Part shown: positions 1 to 7,672 of the stretch, one piece after another
Position numbering within the stretch: position 1 is the stretch's first letter
Layout of the letters: the number at the start of each line of letters is the position of its first letter
Origin: Acidothermus cellulolyticus 11B
GTDB taxonomy: Bacteria > Actinomycetota > Actinomycetes > Acidothermales > Acidothermaceae
Assembly (NCBI RefSeq): GCF_000015025.1
Contig: NC_008578.1
Span: 1,500,001 to 1,532,000, forward strand
Direction: 5' to 3'
Length of the DNA: 32,000 bases
Program-made: the position numbers and the translations under genes
The notes under the pieces: model-generated
Databases searched by the model: none
What the model saw: the letters and a program-made list of their open reading frames with translations, nothing else
What the model was told of the DNA's origin: nothing

Positions 1-31
1 GCCCGGCAGCGGGGCGCCCTGTCGTGCCCGA

Positions 32-655
32 TCACACCCGAGCCTGCGCAGCGACCATCGCGACGAAGAAGGCGTGCAACCGCCGATCAGCAGTGAGCTC
101 CGGGTGGAAGGCGGTGGCCAGCACAGCGCCTTGCCGGACGGCGACGATCCTACCCGCGTGCCGGCCGGACGGCACACGCCCGAGGACCTCGACGTCCGGG
201 CCGGTCTCCTCCACCCAGGGCGCCCGGATGAAGACAGCGCGCAGCGGGCCGCCGTCCAGACCGGTCAGCGGGATGTCGGCTTCGAAGGAGTCGACTTGGC
301 GGCCGAAGGCGTTGCGTCGCACGGTGATGTCCAGGACCCCGAGGGTCTCCTGGCCGGGAGCGGCGTCGACAACCCGCGCCGCAAGCATGATCATCCCTGC
401 GCAGGAGCCGAAAGCCGGCATCCCTGCCGCCAGCCGGGCTCGCAGCGGTTCCCAGAGGCCGAACGCCCGCGCGAGTTTGTCCATCGTGGTGGATTCGCCG
501 CCTGGGATGACGAGGGCGTCGACCGTCGCGAGCTCGTCGGCACGCCGCACCGGCACGGCGTCCGCTCCGGCGTCGCCGAGTGCGGCGAGGTGTTCGCGGA
601 CGTCGCCCTGCAAAGCGAGAACGCCGACCCGAGGCCGGTTCGATGGGATGGTCAC
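32..655 (-). CDS. pdxT: Pyridoxal 5'-phosphate synthase glutaminase subunit PdxT
   Basis: The C-terminal ~207 aa of ORF 32..1198(-) reads [23 protein letters not shown]...IPGGESTT...[10 protein letters not shown]...AFHPELT, the class I amidotransferase SNO/PdxT signature. It sits directly downstream of pdxS. Start taken as GTG 655; GTG 670, overlapping the pdxS stop as GTGA, is an alternative. The upstream part of the long ORF is an Arg-rich shadow overlapping pdxS. Confidence 0.9.
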   Translation of the reverse strand: MTIPSNRPRVGVLALQGDVREHLAALGDAGADAVPVRRADELATVDALVIPGGESTTMDKLARAFGLWEPLRARLAAGMPAFGSCAGMIMLAARVVDAAPGQETLGVLDITVRRNAFGRQVDSFEADIPLTGLDGGPLRAVFIRAPWVEETGPDVEVLGRVPSGRHAGRIVAVRQGAVLATAFHPELTADRRLHAFFVAMVAAQARV

Positions 656-666
656 GGCCGGTCCGG

Positions 667-1635
667 TCACCACCCGCGGCCGGCGAGGCGGCGCTCGGCA
701 GGCAGGCTCTCGGCGGAAATCCCGACCATCGGTTCGCCGAGGCCGCGGGAGACCTTGGCGAGGACGTCGGGGTCGTCGTAGAACGTGGTCGCTTTGACGA
801 TGGCCGCGGCGCGCTTGGCGGGATCGCCGGATTTGAAGATGCCGGAGCCGACGAAGACGCCGTCCGCGCCGAGCTGCATCATCAGCGCCGCATCCGCGGG
901 CGTGGCGATTCCGCCGGCGGTGAACAGGACGACGGGGAGCCGGCCGGTGCGGGCGACTTCGCGGACCAGCTCGTACGGGGCCTGCAGTTCCTTGGCGGCG
1001 GCGTACAGTTCGTCGTCCGGCAGGCTGGTGAGCCGACGAATCTCGTCGCGGATCGCCCGCATGTGGGTGACCGCGTTGGAGACGTCCCCGGTGCCTGCCT
1101 CGCCCTTGGAGCGGATCATCGCTGCGCCTTCGGTAATCCGGCGGAGGGCTTCGCCGAGGTTGGTGGCGCCGCAGACGAACGGCACGGTGAACTGCCACTT
1201 GTCGATGTGGTGGGTGTAGTCGGCGGGGGTGAGCACCTCGGATTCGTCGATGTAGTCGACGCCGAGAGCCTGCAGGATCTGGGCTTCGACGAAGTGGCCG
1301 ATCCGGACCTTGGCCATCACGGGGATCGACACCGCGTTCATGATCTGCTCGATGAGTTCGGGGTCGCTCATCCGGGCGACGCCGCCCTGGGCGCGGATGT
1401 CCGCCGGCACGCGCTCGAGGGCCATCACCGCGACCGCGCCGGCGTCCTCGGCAATCTTCGCCTGCTCCGGCGTGACCACATCCATGATCACACCGCCCTT
1501 GAGCATCTCCGCCATTCCCCGCTTGACCCGGACCGTGCCGACCTGCGGTTGGGCCTCCGCCCCGGCCGATGCACCGCGCGGGGTGTCGCCGATGCGGTAG
1601 CGGAGTTCGGGGTCTTGCGACGTCGTCTGAGGCAC
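667..1635 (-). CDS. pdxS: Pyridoxal 5'-phosphate synthase lyase subunit PdxS
   Basis: Product contains [22 protein letters not shown]...[11 protein letters not shown]...FVCGA...[11 protein letters not shown]...[34 protein letters not shown], the typical PdxS/SNZ sequence. An AAGGAG Shine-Dalgarno lies 6 nt upstream of GTG 1635. ATG 1671 is the longest-ORF alternative. Confidence 0.93.
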   Translation of the reverse strand: MPQTTSQDPELRYRIGDTPRGASAGAEAQPQVGTVRVKRGMAEMLKGGVIMDVVTPEQAKIAEDAGAVAVMALERVPADIRAQGGVARMSDPELIEQIMNAVSIPVMAKVRIGHFVEAQILQALGVDYIDESEVLTPADYTHHIDKWQFTVPFVCGATNLGEALRRITEGAAMIRSKGEAGTGDVSNAVTHMRAIRDEIRRLTSLPDDELYAAAKELQAPYELVREVARTGRLPVVLFTAGGIATPADAALMMQLGADGVFVGSGIFKSGDPAKRAAAIVKATTFYDDPDVLAKVSRGLGEPMVGISAESLPAERRLAGRGW

Positions 1636-1795
1636 GGAAATCTCCTTTGCCGCCGAATTCGGTTTGATCACTGCGGGCGCAGGTAGCGCCGTGGATGGCG
1701 GTCTTGCCTTGAGTCTAGGGCGGTCCGATGGACAGGTATGGAGGTGTTGCGAGCGGCGACCTCGGTCACGTGTGTGCCGCCCTCAGTTCTGAATC

Positions 1796-1824
1796 TTGAC
1801 ACGGGATCACGGCGAGGTTACCCT
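1796..1824 (+). promoter_or_regulatory. Candidate sigma-70-type promoter for the low-GC three-gene module (TTGACA-17 nt-TACCCT)
   Basis: TTGACA at 1796-1801, a 17-nt spacer, then TACCCT at 1819-1824, which fits the actinobacterial TANNNT -10. A flanking inverted repeat GATCAC (1805-1810) / GTGATC (1828-1833) could be an operator. Sequence pattern only. Confidence 0.35.
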
Positions 1825-1867
1825 CTGTGATCGTTCGTGAAGATCAACCACAAGGAGGGTGCGCGTC

Positions 1868-2290
1868 GTGTCAATCTGGCGGCGCATGAGTTACAGCGGC
1901 TTCGCTCTCCTTGTGTGCGCGGGAACAATTTTCGCGAGCGGGGTACCCGCGCACGCCGACGGCTCTCCCGGACTGGTGAATGGAACGGAGAGCATGAATA
2001 CCTGGTGGCCAGCAGCTGAGCTCACCGTCCCGGTGCAGTACGTAGGACCACCGTTTTTCTTTGGTGTGCCAACGCTAAAGGAAATCTCAAGTAGGGACAA
2101 CCGAGCTGAAGGACGAGCTCTCAAGAAGATGCAGTACGACCCGGCGTGCCGAATGGCGGTCTCCACGCCAACAGTCACGGACTTTCCGGGCTCCGGTGTT
2201 CAGCGGTTCGTGGTTGTCCCAATGGTGCTGGAGAATTCCACACACATCTGTACACCAATGAACACCAGCGGAACACCCCTCGCCAGCTGA
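1868..2290 (+). CDS. Small secreted protein of unknown family (signal peptide, two Cys in the mature part)
   Basis: AAGGAGG at 1852-1858 lies 9 nt before GTG 1868. The N-terminus VSIWRRMSYSGFALLVCAGTIFASGVPAHA|DG has a basic RR n-region, a hydrophobic core and an AxA cleavage-like site. The region has lower GC than its flanks. I recognise no family for the mature ~110 aa. Confidence 0.6.
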   Translation: MSIWRRMSYSGFALLVCAGTIFASGVPAHADGSPGLVNGTESMNTWWPAAELTVPVQYVGPPFFFGVPTLKEISSRDNRAEGRALKKMQYDPACRMAVSTPTVTDFPGSGVQRFVVVPMVLENSTHICTPMNTSGTPLAS

Positions 2291-2318
2291 TGGCAGCACG
2301 TGTTGAGGAAGATACCGA

Positions 2319-2996
2319 ATGAACGAATCCGTACTTCCATCATCCCGTGAAATTCACGAGTGGGTGCGCAAAGAAGAGCAGCGGCGGCAATCCGTGGAAA
2401 CTGCGGATCCGACTGCACTCGCCGCAGAGCTCGTCGGACTAGAGAATCGGCTGCGCATCCAGCGCGCACCGCTGGGACGACTACTGCGCCCCGGAGCGCC
2501 AGAAGAGGAGCTCCAAGCCACATTTTCTTGGCTTGGACTCACGCTTCCCGACGAGCTCCGCGTCCTGTACCAGTGGCATGACGGGACGATCGTTGACTTC
2601 GACGAACCTGAAGATCCAGACATGCCCGGACTCTGGATTTTCGATCGTCTTCGCAGCGCCGTTCTCAACTACCTGGATCTTGTCACCTTCTCTGAGGAGA
2701 CAGGAGATCTTGGTGATCCCGATCACATGTTGTCTACCTGGTTTCCTATCAGTTACTCGGATGGTCGAGCGCTCCTGGTCGAATGTAATGTTCCTCCCGG
2801 CCAGGCGAGTCACATTTACGTTTACTGTCACGACGACGTGACCCACTGTGCCGCGACATCTTTACTGAGCGTCGTCCGATTGTGGAACCGCATGTTCGAC
2901 GAGGGTTACTTCGTATATGACCCTTATACGTGTGAATGGCTCGACCGGTTCAGTGAGATCCCCGTCGAGTTGCGCATTTCCGGCCTTGTCGACTGA
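2319..2996 (+). CDS. SMI1/KNR4 (SUKH-1) family immunity-like protein, copy 1
   Basis: ATG 2319 is preceded by GAGGAAG. The motif LGLTLPDELRVLYQWHDG matches the SMI1_KNR4 core (LP.d...fY...nG). WFPI and the C-terminal SLLSVVRLWNRMFDEGYFVYDP are shared with the next gene, so the two are paralogs. Confidence 0.75.
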   Translation: MNESVLPSSREIHEWVRKEEQRRQSVETADPTALAAELVGLENRLRIQRAPLGRLLRPGAPEEELQATFSWLGLTLPDELRVLYQWHDGTIVDFDEPEDPDMPGLWIFDRLRSAVLNYLDLVTFSEETGDLGDPDHMLSTWFPISYSDGRALLVECNVPPGQASHIYVYCHDDVTHCAATSLLSVVRLWNRMFDEGYFVYDPYTCEWLDRFSEIPVELRISGLVD

Positions 2997-3025
2997 GAAG
3001 CGCTGCGGATCCACGGGGAGAACCG

Positions 3026-3712
3026 TTGCGAAACAGCCTCAGGTCAAATGACAGCGAGAGGAGCACGGTGACGCAGTTCGCCGACATACCAGCATTGACG
3101 GCTGAGCTCAACGGCTTCGCCGAACGCATCGCTACCCTGAAGCTGCCGCTCAGGTGGTGGAAAAGTTCATTTGCCCACGATGTCATTGATCGCGTCTTCC
3201 GCCATCTCCACCTCACCGTTCCGGACGAACTTCGTGCCTTCTACGCGTGGAGCAACACTTTCTCCACCGAAGCACGCGAATACATCCCCGGCTTCGGGGA
3301 AATAGAAATCTTTGGTCACAGCGTATCGACATACCTCTTATGCCTCCTCAATAAGCACGGTGACCCGGACAGTAACATACCTAGCGACGGTGACCGATAT
3401 CGCCGATCCTGGTTTCCACTCGGTGCTGTGTACGGTGAACGACACGACGTCATCCATGCCGTTGTTCTCGACTGCGACGTCACCCCGCAAGCTGCGAGTC
3501 CCGTGTACCTTTTTTCCAGAACTGGGCGGCCACAGCTCATCGGCCCCTCTCTCCTCGACGTTGTTCAGACGTGGAATCAGCTCCTTGACATCGGCTACTG
3601 GAGCTACGATCCCGACGCACACGGCTGGAGCCTCCACCCCGATAAGATTCCTTCAGGACTCCGCGCCGTAGCACAACTCGCCGCGTGCACCACACCCCGA
3701 CGGTCCACCTGA
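3026..3712 (+). CDS. SMI1/KNR4 (SUKH-1) family immunity-like protein, copy 2
   Basis: LHLTVPDELRAFYAWSN, WFPLG and SLLDVVQTWNQLLDIGYWSYDP parallel copy 1. The start is uncertain: TTG 3026 with GGGGAG upstream, or GTG 3068 with GAGAGGAG upstream. The stop lies 8 nt from the convergent gene's stop. Confidence 0.72.
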   Translation: MRNSLRSNDSERSTVTQFADIPALTAELNGFAERIATLKLPLRWWKSSFAHDVIDRVFRHLHLTVPDELRAFYAWSNTFSTEAREYIPGFGEIEIFGHSVSTYLLCLLNKHGDPDSNIPSDGDRYRRSWFPLGAVYGERHDVIHAVVLDCDVTPQAASPVYLFSRTGRPQLIGPSLLDVVQTWNQLLDIGYWSYDPDAHGWSLHPDKIPSGLRAVAQLAACTTPRRST

Positions 3713-3720
3713 CAACGCCC

Positions 3721-4326
3721 TCACCGCCCCGTCGGGGATTTCCCGGGAGACGGACCGGTGTCGCGAATCCCCCGCTGCCGTTCGGCGAACCGCAGGAGCG
3801 CAGCCGGGGGTTCGTCGTCGATTTCGAAGAAGGCGGGTTCCGGACGGCGGGCCAGGCGGAGGAGGCGGACCAACCGGTGCCGCCGTACGGCGAGAGTGGC
3901 GCGGACGGCGTCGTTGTGGAACCGCCGGGCCAGCGGGATTTTCGTGGCGGCGGCTTCGAGTTCTTCGATGAGCGGCCGGGCGGACGGATCGGAGGCCAGG
4001 GTGTCGAGGACGTCGCCTTCCCCGCCTTCCTCGTCGAACGCCGCCCGGAGCGCCACCGACAGGGCGCTCTCTTCCGCTTCACGGTCGGGGTCGTCGGCGG
4101 TGCGCGCCCGATGGGCGGCGGTGGCAAGGAGCAGGCTGGTGGCGGGGTCAAGCAGTCCGGAGGCGGCAAGCTCAAGGACGACCGCCGAGCGGCGCAGCAG
4201 GTGGGAGTCCAGGATCGCGCGGGCGGTTTCGACCCGGCCGTGCAGCCGGTCCAGCCGGCCCGCTGTCGCGGTTACGTAGGCGAGGACGACGATCCCGGCG
4301 ATGACCGCCCAGAACCACCACGGCAT
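3721..4326 (-). CDS. Membrane-anchored hypothetical protein (single N-terminal TM helix, possibly LemA-like)
   Basis: MPWWFWAVIAGIVVLAYVTA forms a TM helix, followed by an Ala/Arg-rich helical region (RLDRLHGRVETARAILDSHLLRRSAVV, weakly LemA-like). It is co-directional with pimA and starts 6 nt after the pimA stop. Coding-like GC3 bias. Confidence 0.6.
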   Translation of the reverse strand: MPWWFWAVIAGIVVLAYVTATAGRLDRLHGRVETARAILDSHLLRRSAVVLELAASGLLDPATSLLLATAAHRARTADDPDREAEESALSVALRAAFDEEGGEGDVLDTLASDPSARPLIEELEAAATKIPLARRFHNDAVRATLAVRRHRLVRLLRLARRPEPAFFEIDDEPPAALLRFAERQRGIRDTGPSPGKSPTGR

Positions 4327-4332
4327 GGCCGG

Positions 4333-5499
4333 CTACCCGTCGAGCCCGCCACCGGCCTCGGCAGCCAGCAGCGGGCCGCGGCGTACAACCGCCGCAGGGG
4401 TGATCGCTACCGTTTCGTAGACCCGAAGGATTTCCCGGGCGACGACCGTCCAGTCGTAGCGGCGGACCCGCTCCCGGCCGGCGAGGGCGAGGCTGACCCG
4501 TTGCGCCGGATCGCTCAGCAAATCAGACAGCACGGCGGCGAGCGCGGCGGCGTCACCAACCGGAAAGAGCCGGCCGGCGTGACCGTCGTCCAGGACGGCC
4601 CGGAATGCGGCAAGGTCGCTGGCAACGACCGGCGTCCCGGCGGCCATGGCTTCGAGGAGCACCACCCCGAAGCTCTCCCCGCCGGTGTTGGGCGCGACGT
4701 AAACGTCGACCGACCGGAGAATCCGCGCCTTGTCGTCCTCGCTCACCCGGCCCAGGAACGTGACCCGGTCGCGCACGTCGGTGTCGAGGGATCGCCGGAG
4801 CTGATCGCCGTCCCCCGGCCCGGCGATCAGCAGCCGGAGGCCGGGACGGCTCCGGGCAAGCCGGTGGAAGGCGTCGAGGAGCACGGCGAGTCCCTTGCGG
4901 GGTTCGTCGATCCGGCCGACGAAGCCGATGGCCCCGCCGTCGCCGGGCCAACCGTCGAGCGGCTCGGCGTCCGCGAACCGGTCGACCCGCACCCCGTTGG
5001 GAATGAGAACGGCGTCGCCGCCGAGGTGCTCGACCAAGGTGCGGCGGGCTGCTTCCGAGACGGCAACCCGTCCGTGGATTTTCTCCAACGCGGTCTGCAG
5101 GATCGGGTACGCGGCGACCATAGCCCGGGATCGGCTGATGGACGTGTGGAAGGTGCCGACCAGCGGACCGTCGGCGGCCCAGCAGGCGAGGAGACCAAGG
5201 CTGGGCGCGGCCGGTTCGTGCACGTGGACGACGTCGAATCCGCCGTCGCGGAGCCAGCGGCGGACCCGGCTGGCGGACAGAACACCGAAGCAGAGCCGCG
5301 CGATCGACCCGTTGTACGGAACCGGCACCGCGCGACCGGCAGGGACGGCGTACGTCGGCAGCGTGTCGTCGTCGTCCGCCGGTGTGATCACCGAGACGTC
5401 GTGGCCGAACTCGAGGAGGGTCTCGGCAAGATCGCGTACGTGTCCTTGGACCCCGCCAGGCACATCCCAGGTGTAGGGGCAGACCAGGCCGACCCGCAT
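4333..5499 (-). CDS. pimA: Phosphatidylinositol alpha-mannosyltransferase (GT4 family) PimA
   Basis: MRVGLVCPYTWDVPGGVQGHVRDLAE... at the N-terminus, and a C-terminal GT4 motif APNTGGESFGVVLLEAMAAGTPVVASD. GAGGAGG lies 7 nt before ATG 5499. Synteny with the acyltransferase, pgsA, HIT and thrS genes matches the mycobacterial Rv2609c-Rv2614c-type cluster. Confidence 0.88.
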   Translation of the reverse strand: MRVGLVCPYTWDVPGGVQGHVRDLAETLLEFGHDVSVITPADDDDTLPTYAVPAGRAVPVPYNGSIARLCFGVLSASRVRRWLRDGGFDVVHVHEPAAPSLGLLACWAADGPLVGTFHTSISRSRAMVAAYPILQTALEKIHGRVAVSEAARRTLVEHLGGDAVLIPNGVRVDRFADAEPLDGWPGDGGAIGFVGRIDEPRKGLAVLLDAFHRLARSRPGLRLLIAGPGDGDQLRRSLDTDVRDRVTFLGRVSEDDKARILRSVDVYVAPNTGGESFGVVLLEAMAAGTPVVASDLAAFRAVLDDGHAGRLFPVGDAAALAAVLSDLLSDPAQRVSLALAGRERVRRYDWTVVAREILRVYETVAITPAAVVRRGPLLAAEAGGGLDG

Positions 5500-5504
5500 C
5501 CCGG

Positions 5505-6491
5505 TCACCTCCTCGGTTCGCGGTCGGCGGTCCACAGCGGCTGCATCATGTGCCAATCCTGCGGGTGGGCGGCAATCGCCGCGGCAAACGCATCGGCGAG
5601 CTGCTGGGTGAGGGTGGCGATCCGCTCGGCCCGGTCGGTGTCCGGGGCTGGGGGTGGGACGTCGAGCGGCGGGAGGACCCGAGCGCCCCAGCCGTCGATG
5701 CGCCGACCGTTCTCCCCTCGGCGAGTGAACCAGAGTTCCACCGGCAGGAGCGCAGCGCCGGTGGTGACGGCAAGGGCAGCCGGACCGGGCGGCAACGTCG
5801 TCTCCTCGCCGAAGAATTTCACCGGGACGCCGTCACCAGCAAGGTCGCGGTCGGCCACCAGGCAGACGACACCGCCGGCACGCAGGCGGCGCACCAGCGT
5901 GGTGAAGGTGGATCGGTCCCCGTCGAGGCCGAGCACTTCCATGCCGAGGCGTTGCCGGACGGCGACGAAGCGCCGGAAGAGGCGGTCGGGTCTGAGCCGT
6001 TCGGCAACCGTGGTGAACGGGTAGCCGTGCCGGGCAAGCCACGCCCCGGCGTGATCCCAATTGCCGAGATGCGGCAGGGCGAGGATGACGCCGCGGCCGG
6101 CTTGTGCGGCCGCCTCGATGTGCTCGAAGCCTTCGACATCCATGCCGTCGTCGATGCGCCGACCGAGTTTGGGCAGCCGGAAGAACTCCACCCAGTACCG
6201 GGCGTAGGAGCGGAGTGCGTCCCGCGTGAGGGTGCGCAGGTCGGCGTCCGGGCCCACTACCCGGGCGAGGTTTCGTTCGAGTTGACCGACCCCTGGCGTG
6301 CGCCGCCACCAGAGCAGATCGGCGAGCCCGAAGAAAACGGCACGGACAACCGGTTCAGGCAGGGTCTCGGCGGCACGGGTTGCCGCCGCGAGCAGGCCGT
6401 ACCAGGCCCGGCGGCGTAGGCGCTGCAGCAGGGAGCGCCGCTTCGGACCGGGATCGCGGGAGGTCGGCTGGTTGCCGTGAGTCATGGTCAT
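5505..6491 (-). CDS. patA: Phosphatidylinositol mannoside acyltransferase (LPLAT/HtrB family)
   Basis: HLGNWD is the HX4D acyltransferase motif. The product also shows ...LVADRDL...FFGE..LPPGPAALA. ATG 6491 overlaps the pgsA stop as ATGA. Only the C-terminal 328 aa of the 496-aa ORF look protein-like. Confidence 0.8.
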   Translation of the reverse strand: MTMTHGNQPTSRDPGPKRRSLLQRLRRRAWYGLLAAATRAAETLPEPVVRAVFFGLADLLWWRRTPGVGQLERNLARVVGPDADLRTLTRDALRSYARYWVEFFRLPKLGRRIDDGMDVEGFEHIEAAAQAGRGVILALPHLGNWDHAGAWLARHGYPFTTVAERLRPDRLFRRFVAVRQRLGMEVLGLDGDRSTFTTLVRRLRAGGVVCLVADRDLAGDGVPVKFFGEETTLPPGPAALAVTTGAALLPVELWFTRRGENGRRIDGWGARVLPPLDVPPPAPDTDRAERIATLTQQLADAFAAAIAAHPQDWHMMQPLWTADREPRR

Positions 6492-7234
6492 CGGACGAAG
6501 AGTCGGAGTCGGTGCGGCGAGGCACGAACGGCCGGCTCGGAGGCGGCTCCGACAGGGGTCGCCCGGTCGGCGGGTGGCGGGCCGGCGGGGGCTGCGACCC
6601 CGGCGGGCGCTGCGACCCCGGCGGGCGTTCCGAGGGAAGCCCGAGTCTGCCGGTACACCGCGACGAACCGCTGGACGACGGTGACGGCGCTCGCGACGGC
6701 CAGCAACCAGAGCCCGATCGCCGCGACGTACGGCACTCCCAAGCCACTGACGCCCGTAGCTACGAGGACGACGATGAGCCGTTCGGTACGCTCGGCGATT
6801 CCGACGTCGCCGCGCAGGCCGAGCCCCTCGGCGCGGGCGCGTTCGTACGAGATGAGCATCGCGGTGACCAGGCAGAAGAGGGTAAGGCCGGCGAGCACCG
6901 GCTGCCGACCGCCGTGGGCGAACCACCACGTCAACCCAGTGAAGATCGCCGCATCGGCGATGCGGTCCATCGTGGAGTCGAGGAAGGCCCCCCACGGTCC
7001 GGTGCGGCCAGCGGCCCGAGCAAGGGCTCCGTCGAGCATGTCGAAGCAGACCAACGCTCCGATGATCAGGGAACCCCAGAAGAGCTGGCCGCGCGGATAC
7101 AAGATGAGCGCCACCGCGGTGACCGCGGCCGTGCCAACAACAGTGATCACATTGGGGTTGACGCCGCGCGCGGCGAGCGCCGTGCCGATCGGGGCGAGGA
7201 ACCGCTGAAGCGGAACACGTACGCGCTTCAGCAT
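6488..7234 (-). CDS. pgsA: CDP-alcohol phosphatidyltransferase (phosphatidylinositol phosphate synthase)
   Basis: DMLDGALARAAGRTGPWGAFLDSTMDRIAD matches DG(x2)AR(x8)G(x3)D(x3)D. Several TM segments are present. ATG 7234 has GAGGAG upstream. The C-terminal tail contains the tandem PAGVAAPAGVAAPAG. Confidence 0.85.
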   Translation of the reverse strand: MLKRVRVPLQRFLAPIGTALAARGVNPNVITVVGTAAVTAVALILYPRGQLFWGSLIIGALVCFDMLDGALARAAGRTGPWGAFLDSTMDRIADAAIFTGLTWWFAHGGRQPVLAGLTLFCLVTAMLISYERARAEGLGLRGDVGIAERTERLIVVLVATGVSGLGVPYVAAIGLWLLAVASAVTVVQRFVAVYRQTRASLGTPAGVAAPAGVAAPAGPPPADRATPVGAASEPAVRASPHRLRLFVR

Positions 7235-7359
7235 GGCGCTCCTCGGTGGTCGACTCCGGTCGGATGGACGCTGCTCATGGTATCGGTCGGCCAGGCCGGC
7301 GAACCGCGTCTTGGCGCCAGCCGGTGGATACGGCGAAGCGGACCGGTGGATAGTACGCC

Positions 7360-7600
7360 GGCCGCGCCCGCAGCGCCCGCCTCCGCACGCCGCGGCCGTC
7401 GCTGCCCGCGGCCCCCGCGCCCCAGCCGCGCCCGCAGCGCCCGCCTCCGGCCCCCCGAGCCCCAGCCGCGCCTGCAGCGCCCGCCTCCGCCACTGCCCGC
7501 CCCGGCCGCTGCAGCGCCCCTCCCCCCGCACGCCGCGCCGTCGCTGCCCGCGCCCCTCCCCCGCCGCGGCGCCCCAGCCACGCCGGCCGGCGACGTCTTC
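7360..7600. repeat. C-rich (plus strand) degenerate direct-repeat block in the pgsA / EF-G-paralog divergent intergenic region
   Basis: CCGCGCC(C/T)GCAGCGCCCGCCTCCG occurs three times (about 7362, 7427, 7467). CGCACGCCGCG(G)CCGTCGCTGCCCGCG occurs twice (about 7385, 7528). There are many C3-C6 runs. No credible coding frame. Confidence 0.7.
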
Positions 7601-7672
7601 GGCGAAGTGCTTGTCGGCGGCGACCCGCGAGGAGCAGAGTCGAAGAGTCTCCCACGTGCGAAGGAGGATCCC

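Noticed and set aside
667-1671. ATG 1671 as the pdxS start (334 aa)
   Set aside because: GTG 1635 has a near-perfect AAGGAG at proper spacing and gives a PdxS of normal length. The extra 12 codons have no support. The coordinate remains an alternative.
3685-6024. 779-aa ORF on the plus strand
   Set aside because: It is entirely antisense to the membrane protein, pimA and the acyltransferase, all of which have clear family motifs. Its product is Arg/Gly/Pro/Asp-rich with no recognisable domain. This is a typical shadow ORF of high-GC DNA.
6380-7672. 431-codon N-terminal extension of the EF-G-paralog ORF (6380..9832)
   Set aside because: The extension is low-complexity (Arg/Pro/Gly/Ala), overlaps pgsA and the acyltransferase on the other strand, and runs through the C-rich repeat block. 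A strong AAGGAGG plus ATG at 7673 precedes the conserved G domain.
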